Of a DNA stretch of 64,000 nt, positions 55,453 through 61,947 are shown in pieces. Below the pieces are notes generated by a model. The model was not told the DNA's origin, did not search any database, and saw only the letters and a program-made list of their open reading frames with translations. Position 1 is the first letter of the stretch. Each line of letters opens with the position of its first letter. The DNA comes from a virus. The stretch is from the IMG/VR virus record IMGVR_UViG_3300025411_000008, positions 67,917 to 131,916 of that record. One strand, written 5' to 3'. The position numbers were made by a program, and so were the translations under genes.

Positions 55453-56193
55453 ATGCCGACAGAAATCATCTGGGTACCAAAACCCGATGGTAAGACCTGG
55501 AATTCCAGTCGCACTCGTGACTTGGTTGACCTGGCTTTCACCATTGAGAGGAAGAGTGATGACCACACCATGATCATGATTCGTTGCTCTAAGAACAGCG
55601 ATGAAAATGGTCGTGCGAGGACTGTCATTGGTCGCGTCTACACTAAGAGTGTGTTAGCTGCACGGGAACTTGTTAAGCAAGTTGTCAGTGAAGCTAACAC
55701 GAAACCAAATCAGGAAGAAGCACGCAGTTGGCTCCTAAACCAAATGCTGGGATTCTCTCTTGATTTGTCTCCAGAGGGTCGACCATTGAATCCAGAAATC
55801 ATCAAGGATGGTGCATGGGTTACCAAGAATACTCTTGGTATGGTTGTGGCAAGCGAGACACCAGTCGCAGAGGAAGAGTTCGACGTTGCAGCACACGTTG
55901 AGTCCCTGCCTCTTGAGATTGACCTTAGCAAGCCAGTCACTGAGACACCAAGTAGTGGTATCTACAAGGTGGATCCAACGACTGAGTCATGGATTTCATG
56001 GGGTGATATTGCAGATGACCTTAGCAAGTCAATTGCAGCGAAGCGTGCTGCAATCGCAATGAAGGAGACTGTCGAAGCAGTTATGGAAACAGCTACACCT
56101 GTAGCTGAGCCAGTTGCTGAGGTAGTATCCACAGAAGCACCGCAGTTCATTACCATTAATGGTAAGCAAATCCCGATTGCCTATCCCAAATAG
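55453..56193 (+). CDS. hypothetical protein
   Basis: Start placed at MPTEII after GGAAGG. Confidence 0.7.
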   Translation: MPTEIIWVPKPDGKTWNSSRTRDLVDLAFTIERKSDDHTMIMIRCSKNSDENGRARTVIGRVYTKSVLAARELVKQVVSEANTKPNQEEARSWLLNQMLGFSLDLSPEGRPLNPEIIKDGAWVTKNTLGMVVASETPVAEEEFDVAAHVESLPLEIDLSKPVTETPSSGIYKVDPTTESWISWGDIADDLSKSIAAKRAAIAMKETVEAVMETATPVAEPVAEVVSTEAPQFITINGKQIPIAYPK

Positions 56194-56261
56194 CTAATCT
56201 GGTTGACCTGGGTAAGTCAATAAACTGCCCACCCAAACAACTAACAAGTAAGGAATAAGCT

Positions 56262-56663
56262 ATGAAGCAGTACGCTATTAAGGCAACCGCAAACAACGAC
56301 CTTGATGTTGTTGAGTTTGATGTAACGGACTCTTACGACACCATCAAGGAAGCTACTGGCGGTGGTACTATCCAATGCATCTACCTGAGTGAGCTCGACG
56401 TAGACATGTGGATTGATGACAATGGCAAGTTGGTTAACGAGCCAGAAATCAATGCGTTCGGTTCTGCCCTGTGGGTTCACTCATACGGCATGACCGACAT
56501 CATCGTTGGTGATATCATCATTACCGGTGGTGTAGATGATGAAGGCAATACGCTTGGTCTCAATGAAGAACAGGTTGCTACTGTCCTCAAGGCTGCCAAC
56601 GACACAATGCGTTTGGTAGCAGTAGATGCATTCAGCGAAGAGAACGTAACGATTGTAGTTTAG
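56262..56663 (+). CDS. DUF3846-like protein
   Basis: GGGTIQ, MWIDDNGKL...IN..GS and DIIVGDIIITG. Confidence 0.7.
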   Translation: MKQYAIKATANNDLDVVEFDVTDSYDTIKEATGGGTIQCIYLSELDVDMWIDDNGKLVNEPEINAFGSALWVHSYGMTDIIVGDIIITGGVDDEGNTLGLNEEQVATVLKAANDTMRLVAVDAFSEENVTIVV

Positions 56664-56670
56664 TAAGGTG

Positions 56671-56732
56671 GCCCTAGTCTGGCGATGAAGTATGGTGGTT
56701 CAATTCCATCTTAGGGCGCTCCCAGGTAGGGA
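56671..56732 (+). ncRNA. mini tRNA mimic 2 with trailing hairpin
   Basis: GCCCTAG/TTAGGGC, GGTGG-TTCAATT-CCATC, then TCCC-AGGTA-GGGA. Confidence 0.7.
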
Positions 56733-56761
56733 ACGTAGTAAGTTAATTAAGGAGTATAACT

Positions 56762-57319
56762 ATGGGTTTAGACCAGTATTCATGTAAGGTGCCACGTCAT
56801 GCTGACAACAATGACTTTTCTTATGTAAACGGAAAAGGTGTTGAACAGTTAGCTTATTGGCGTAAGCACCCTAACCTCGAAGGTTGGATGGAGCAGACTT
56901 TCAATCGCAAGGCTGATGCACAGAGCTTCAAAGGCTACACTGATTTCGGTACGGAAATCATTGCTACTGCTATTGAGCCCGAGGGCGAGTCGTTGACGAA
57001 AGAAGCGATAGCAGAGTTGTCTAACAAGGCTATGAATGACAAATTATTGCAAGAATTAATCATGACTGAGTCTTTCGCTTCCATGGCTGCTAACATCTCT
57101 AAGACTCGTGTGTTCAATGGGCAACCAATTAGGTTAACAATTGGCGACCTCGATCAACTTGAGATGCATGTTCGTCTTGAGACGTTACCTCCAACTACAG
57201 GTTTCTTCTTCGGTGACAATGCAGATAAAGAGTACTTTAAAGATGACTTGAAGTTCATCGAAGAAGCACGTAAGGCAATTGCAGATGGCTTTGATGTGTA
57301 TTACGAAAGCAGTTGGTAG
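56762..57319 (+). CDS. phage protein (MGLDQY...YWRKHPNL.GW family)
   Basis: MGLD.Y, YWRK, GFFFG and Y.SSW motifs. Confidence 0.75.
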   Translation: MGLDQYSCKVPRHADNNDFSYVNGKGVEQLAYWRKHPNLEGWMEQTFNRKADAQSFKGYTDFGTEIIATAIEPEGESLTKEAIAELSNKAMNDKLLQELIMTESFASMAANISKTRVFNGQPIRLTIGDLDQLEMHVRLETLPPTTGFFFGDNADKEYFKDDLKFIEEARKAIADGFDVYYESSW

Positions 57320-57333
57320 TTAAGTAATAGGTT

Positions 57334-57398
57334 ACCCTAGCCAGACGGTGGTGATGTATGCTAGTTCGATTCTAGCTTAGGGTGCTCCCAAGTTGGGA
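57334..57398 (+). ncRNA. mini tRNA mimic 3 with trailing hairpin
   Basis: ACCCTAG/TTAGGGT, GCTAG-TTCGATT-CTAGC, then TCCCA-AGT-TGGGA. Confidence 0.7.
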
Positions 57399-57423
57399 AG
57401 TAAGTTAAATAAGGAGTAATACT

Positions 57424-57816
57424 ATGGGTGACCGTGGACAAGTAAAGATTACAGCTGAGGGCAATCCTGACCTGTACCTTTACACACACTGGGGTGCTGA
57501 ATCACTGCCTGAAGTCGTAGCGACTGCGTTAGCACGTGGCCGTGGTCGATGGACAGATGACGAGTACCTTAACCGCATTATCTTCTCAGAGATGATTCAA
57601 GACGATGTAATGTCAGAAACCGGTTACGGTATTGGTTTCGGTGAGCACGGTGACGTGTGGCGTGTCGTAGAGATTAACTACGACAACAAGACCGTTGCTA
57701 TTCGTGAAATCGATTACGAATCATGGGACCCAGAGAGTGGCATCGACAATATGCCATGGAAGTACACAACTGAGTCAATGGAATACGAACTGTTCATTAC
57801 TGAACACACTAACTAG
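57424..57816 (+). CDS. phage protein (MGDR...LYTHWG family)
   Basis: MGDRG, LYTHWG, RW.D..YL.RIIF..M and GYGI. Confidence 0.75.
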   Translation: MGDRGQVKITAEGNPDLYLYTHWGAESLPEVVATALARGRGRWTDDEYLNRIIFSEMIQDDVMSETGYGIGFGEHGDVWRVVEINYDNKTVAIREIDYESWDPESGIDNMPWKYTTESMEYELFITEHTN

Positions 57817-57824
57817 GAGGAACG

Positions 57825-58088
57825 ATGGATTGGTTTGACGACGCTAAGTGTAAAGGCGTTAGTCAAGACGTTTTCTTTCTTGAGGGTCATGCAGGCCCAA
57901 AAGAATCAAGAGAGAGAGTAGTTGCTGCTAGGGTTTACTGCAATGCTTGCCCTGTAAAGCAGAAGTGTCTTGAGTATGCAATAAAGAACAAGGAGAAGCA
58001 CGGCATTTACGGCGGTGCTACTCCAGTAGAACGCCATGCTATGCGTGGTTTTATAAAGAAAGAAAGTAAGTTAAGTGTTGTTAAGTGA
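57825..58088 (+). CDS. whiB: WhiB-family transcription factor
   Basis: W...AKC, FF, CNACPVKQKCLEYA and HGIYGG.T..ER. Confidence 0.9.
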   Translation: MDWFDDAKCKGVSQDVFFLEGHAGPKESRERVVAARVYCNACPVKQKCLEYAIKNKEKHGIYGGATPVERHAMRGFIKKESKLSVVK

Positions 58089-58199
58089 TTATGGCCTAGA
58101 GCCACCAACAAACTTGGTCGAAGCCCATCTAGTAATTGAAAAGTTGCTAGATCGGTGCGATCAACTCAATGAAATCATCGAAGAGTTAGAGGAGTATTA

Positions 58200-58406
58200 A
58201 TGGCTAAGTATATTATCCGTGACTGGATGAATAACGTACTGTTTGACGGTATCGAGTTCGACAGTTTTGAGGAAGGATGGGATTGGTTGTACGTCAACCA
58301 CCCAGAGCCTGAGGAGTCAAGTTCCGACTGGATTGACGGTTGGAATGACGACTGGTTCGTAGTAGAGAAAGGTTACAGTGTGACCGGAAACAAGGAGGAA
58401 GAGTAA
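58200..58406 (+). CDS. hypothetical protein
   Basis: 68 aa, AGGAG RBS. Confidence 0.65.
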   Translation: MAKYIIRDWMNNVLFDGIEFDSFEEGWDWLYVNHPEPEESSSDWIDGWNDDWFVVEKGYSVTGNKEEE

Positions 58407-58554
58407 TGGATCCAGAGACACTAGAGGCAGCAATTAGCTTAACTAAGTGGTGCATTAAAGATGCAGAGAATAGCGGCGACTTAGAACACGCTATTCACAA
58501 TCTCAAGCGCATCTACGCATTCTTGACAGACACCGAGATAGGAGAGGAGGTATA

Positions 58555-58746
58555 ATGCAAGAGTATTACACAAGAGTTTCTATGGACGTTGCTGTTACGG
58601 CAAACAGTCCTGAAGAAGCAACTGAGAAATTAAATGATTGGCTAGACCGTCAGCAACTGATCGACAAGTCAATAGAGTCTGATTTCTGGTGGGACAACAT
58701 CGATTGGGATGATTGGGCTATCGTAAACACAGGAGAGGAAGCATAG
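58555..58746 (+). CDS. hypothetical protein
   Basis: 63 aa; V.A.S.EEA motif; GGAGG RBS. Confidence 0.65.
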   Translation: MQEYYTRVSMDVAVTANSPEEATEKLNDWLDRQQLIDKSIESDFWWDNIDWDDWAIVNTGEEA

Positions 58747-58994
58747 TGAGTAAGAAATATCCTATTTGTTTAACATGTGGTATGGAGTTAGATACTCCAT
58801 TAAAGCACCCATGTGACGAATGTGATGATGGTACGTGCGATGAATGCTGGGAGGTATAATGAAATGTAGTATATGTCAACTACCAATTCATGAGCCATTC
58901 GTTGGCCATGACTATGTAGATCATGTATGCTGTTTGAGGGATGAAACCCTCATGTGTGAGCATGATCATCGAGCAATCAAGTAAGGAGTAAGTT

Positions 58995-59183
58995 ATGATA
59001 TGTGAACCATGTGATCATGGACCTACTGTATATGAAAACTATTGTCAACATTGCAATGGTTTATGCCCCATATGTAGTGAGATGGGTGAGTGTGACACCT
59101 GTGGTAGAGAATATGAATTAGCTAGTCGTGATGGTCGCTGTGGCGACTGTGGCGATTGCAACGAGTGTTGTACCCACCTATAA
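58995..59183 (+). CDS. small Cys-rich protein
   Basis: 62 aa, multiple CxxC motifs, AAGGAG RBS. Confidence 0.6.
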   Translation: MICEPCDHGPTVYENYCQHCNGLCPICSEMGECDTCGREYELASRDGRCGDCGDCNECCTHL

Positions 59184-59206
59184 GATAGAAAGTAAGGAAA
59201 TAAACT

Positions 59207-59377
59207 ATGGCTTTCGCCACTAAAAAGAAGCTTTCAATGTGTCCACGTTGTAAGGAAACGTATTCAGGGTTCCCCGCTCTGTCTCGGCTCGACAACAAGA
59301 CATCAATCTGCTCCCCCTGTGGGACAGACGAGGCAATGCAGGACTTCGCAGGCGTCCCGCTCACTAACTTCCTATAA
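59207..59377 (+). CDS. small Zn-finger protein (CPRC...ALSR.DN...IC..CG..EA)
   Basis: Hand-translated 56 aa after an AAGGA RBS. Confidence 0.65.
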   Translation: MAFATKKKLSMCPRCKETYSGFPALSRLDNKTSICSPCGTDEAMQDFAGVPLTNFL

Positions 59378-59496
59378 GGAACTAACTCCTCGCATTTACA
59401 CACATAGTCTATACGATCAAACAAAGGAGGCAGTACCGAGTAAGCTAATATAAACCATGATGCAGTAAAATCTAGTTGAAGAAAAAAAGGCCTAGC

Positions 59497-59763
59497 ATGC
59501 AAGAGAATGCTACAGCGGTGTATAGGCTAAATCAGGTCATCGAGGAGCTCGCCAAGATTGGTTACAATTTTGAGGGCTTGCTCGATGGCCTGAAACTATA
59601 CAACGAATATAAGGGACATCTAGACATAGGCATTTATGAAGCCGCTCTAGAGTCATTTACCACAAGTATCACTGCATTGGGAGAGCAGATAAATAACTTC
59701 CATGCGGTTCTGTCTTACCTTAAGGATACCGTAGAGAACGGCATCCCCGGTAGTATTAGTTAG
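59497..59763 (+). CDS. hypothetical protein
   Basis: Start placed at MQENAT. Confidence 0.55.
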   Translation: MQENATAVYRLNQVIEELAKIGYNFEGLLDGLKLYNEYKGHLDIGIYEAALESFTTSITALGEQINNFHAVLSYLKDTVENGIPGSIS

Positions 59764-59773
59764 TAAAGTTAGC

Positions 59774-59848
59774 GCCGAAACCCCCGCTTTCTACGGGGGG
59801 TCTATGAAGGGGTTGTTTCCTTCATACCGATGATGGTAGACTATAACT
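59774..59848 (+). ncRNA. type II hammerhead-like ribozyme HH4 (U4C core variant)
   Basis: GCC-GAAA-CCCCC..GGGGG-TC|-TATGAAGG-loop-CCTTCATA-CCGATGA-T-GGT; loop GGTTGT can pair with downstream ATAACT; predicted cut after 59802. Confidence 0.7.
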
Positions 59849-59862
59849 AGAAAGGAGTAAGT

Positions 59863-60549
59863 ATGCCTGATCTCAAGCAGATCATTGCAACGGTAGAGAA
59901 GCTACTCCGCTTAGCTGCTAGTAGCAATCACCCTGGTGAAGTCGAGGCCGCTCAGGCCCAGGCTCAGAGGATTATTACCAAGTATCAGATTGAAGAAGCT
60001 CAGCTTACTGGTCATGTAGCTAGTGGTAACGTAATCTCTAAACAGGTTCCGACTCCGAAGCCATATGCGTCAGCTAAAGCTATGCTACTCAACTACATAG
60101 CTAAGCATAACTTCTGTAAGGTTCTCCGTACAGATGACTATGCGGTTATCTATGGATACGCTAGCGACGTCGAAATCTGCGTCATGATGTATGAGATTAC
60201 TAACCTACACATGGTATCAGAGATGAAAGCTAAGCTAGAAGTAGCTAAGGCACGTAATGAAGATGGTTTCCATACTAAGACGTGGATCAAGAGCTTCTTT
60301 GGCGGCTATTGCATTGGTATCGGTGAGCGCATTAAGGAATCAAAGTCAGAAGTTATCAATCACGCAGAGACAGCTGGCACATCAGTCGAGCTGGTGCTAC
60401 GTGATAAGCAACACGCAGTGGAAGACTTCTTCCAGCAGATAGAGCATGGCCCCGCTCGGGACTATGAGCTATCATCTAAAGCAGGTTATCAAGATGGTTT
60501 AGATAGCTCGAAGAATGCAGATATCAATCAAACTAAGTTAGAAGGATAA
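59863..60549 (+). CDS. DUF2786-like protein
   Basis: VEKLLRLA.S....E..AA...AQRIITKY N-terminus; SF..G and GY..G motifs. Confidence 0.72.
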   Translation: MPDLKQIIATVEKLLRLAASSNHPGEVEAAQAQAQRIITKYQIEEAQLTGHVASGNVISKQVPTPKPYASAKAMLLNYIAKHNFCKVLRTDDYAVIYGYASDVEICVMMYEITNLHMVSEMKAKLEVAKARNEDGFHTKTWIKSFFGGYCIGIGERIKESKSEVINHAETAGTSVELVLRDKQHAVEDFFQQIEHGPARDYELSSKAGYQDGLDSSKNADINQTKLEG

Positions 60550-60552
60550 CAT

Positions 60553-60852
60553 ATGAGTAAGGGAATAGCATGGCGAGTGCGTGAGTTGGCCGTTGGGTTG
60601 CCCAATAACAAGGGTAATGATTGGGTCTACGATAGCAACTGCTATGGTAAAGAAACTAGTGATTTTATTTATACTAGGACTGAGTTGCCAGAAGGGCAGC
60701 GTTATAAGCTAAAGAAGATATGCGAGGGTTGCCCCGTTATCGACACTTGCAGGTACGAAGCAGTACGTAATCAAGAAGAAGGTTGGTGGGGTGGTATGGA
60801 CCGCAAAGAACGAATGGAATGGGCAGCTAAAGAGCTGTTCCATCTAGTATGA
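60553..60852 (+). CDS. whiB: WhiB-family transcription factor (divergent)
   Basis: W...SNC, ICEGCPVIDTCRYEA and GWWGGM...ER. Confidence 0.8.
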   Translation: MSKGIAWRVRELAVGLPNNKGNDWVYDSNCYGKETSDFIYTRTELPEGQRYKLKKICEGCPVIDTCRYEAVRNQEEGWWGGMDRKERMEWAAKELFHLV

Positions 60853-61046
60853 TGAAGATTATTTACGCGCTACTATATGATACAAGCTACAATAGCATGG
60901 AGATCTCAGGGCTTTACGCTTCGCTCGAGAAAGCTCAGGCTGCCGTGATCGGTGCTGAGTGGGCAAAGCACGAGAACTTAGCTATGTGGGAAGCTATCAC
61001 TGGTGAACAATATTGGTGCATCACAGTCCACGCTATGTTAGATTAA
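60849..61046 (+). CDS. hypothetical protein
   Basis: 65 aa; G.YASLEKA motif. Confidence 0.6.
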   Translation: MMKIIYALLYDTSYNSMEISGLYASLEKAQAAVIGAEWAKHENLAMWEAITGEQYWCITVHAMLD

Positions 61047-61047
61047 C

Positions 61048-61947
61048 CTACTCAATAGGTTTATCCCATCCAAGTTCTTTGCCTAAGCGTTGCGTTAATG
61101 GATTTTGATTACCATTAAGATACCAATCATGGTGACAAGCATAGCTTTCTGGCAATGCCGATTGAGCATAGGGTACATAGCCTGTAGATTTAACTATTTT
61201 ATTTAAAAAACTTGGCATTTTACCCCACGGAACAAAATCATTGCTGTATAATTGCTCAAGGTTGCCTTTGTTTTTTCTTACATGAGCTTCTACCGCAGAA
61301 ACGTTTACTCTGTCACGAGTAGGTGATTTAGCATTATGGTGTTTAGCAATAATACTTGCAAATTTTACTAAACTTTCATGATCTCTGTTGTGCCTAATGT
61401 GACCAAGCTCATGATCAAGTACTTCAAATTTGGGTCCACTTGTGTGCTTACCCGGTGATCCTATATCTACGTTACTAGTATCTTGTGCAGAGCATATGCT
61501 ATGTGACATAAGCATATTTTCTTGGTTAGCTTCATGCCTAAGCATACGCAAGTTTGTATTAGTAGTTAATTTATCTAACCGTTTAAGCCCTTTAGCTATT
61601 AATCTACCATGATCAATGGGGTTCCAATAAGCACGTCGAGCATCATCATTCATACCAGAATGATCGTATAACTCAGCTGTATTTCCCGTAGCAGGGTTCA
61701 TTACCATATGAACATCAGGGGTTTTTATCCTATTGCGTCTAGCATTTGGCAATGGTTCTAATGGTGCGTCAGGATCATCAAAATGTTGACCACGCTGCTG
61801 AGGCGGCATCCATTTGTAAAAACCTTCTTCAGGTGTTTTATTGCCATCAGGCTGCGTAAAACCTACGTGTTCCCAACCTTCAGGAAGGATAGCTTTAAGC
61901 TCTCTAATGCTTTTCTTTGTGGTAGCGTATCTAATAGACCAATTCAT
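61048..61947 (-). CDS. HExxH zinc-metallopeptidase-like protein
   Basis: LDHELGH and YA...ESYA; MNWSIRYA N-terminus. Confidence 0.55.
   Translation of the reverse strand: MNWSIRYATTKKSIRELKAILPEGWEHVGFTQPDGNKTPEEGFYKWMPPQQRGQHFDDPDAPLEPLPNARRNRIKTPDVHMVMNPATGNTAELYDHSGMNDDARRAYWNPIDHGRLIAKGLKRLDKLTTNTNLRMLRHEANQENMLMSHSICSAQDTSNVDIGSPGKHTSGPKFEVLDHELGHIRHNRDHESLVKFASIIAKHHNAKSPTRDRVNVSAVEAHVRKNKGNLEQLYSNDFVPWGKMPSFLNKIVKSTGYVPYAQSALPESYACHHDWYLNGNQNPLTQRLGKELGWDKPIE

Noticed and set aside
53359-56231. preQ1-I riboswitch or pistol/theta ribozyme identity for the short pseudoknots
   Set aside because: They lack the preQ1 consensus and queuosine-gene context, and lack the additional stems and catalytic residues of pistol or HDV-like ribozymes.
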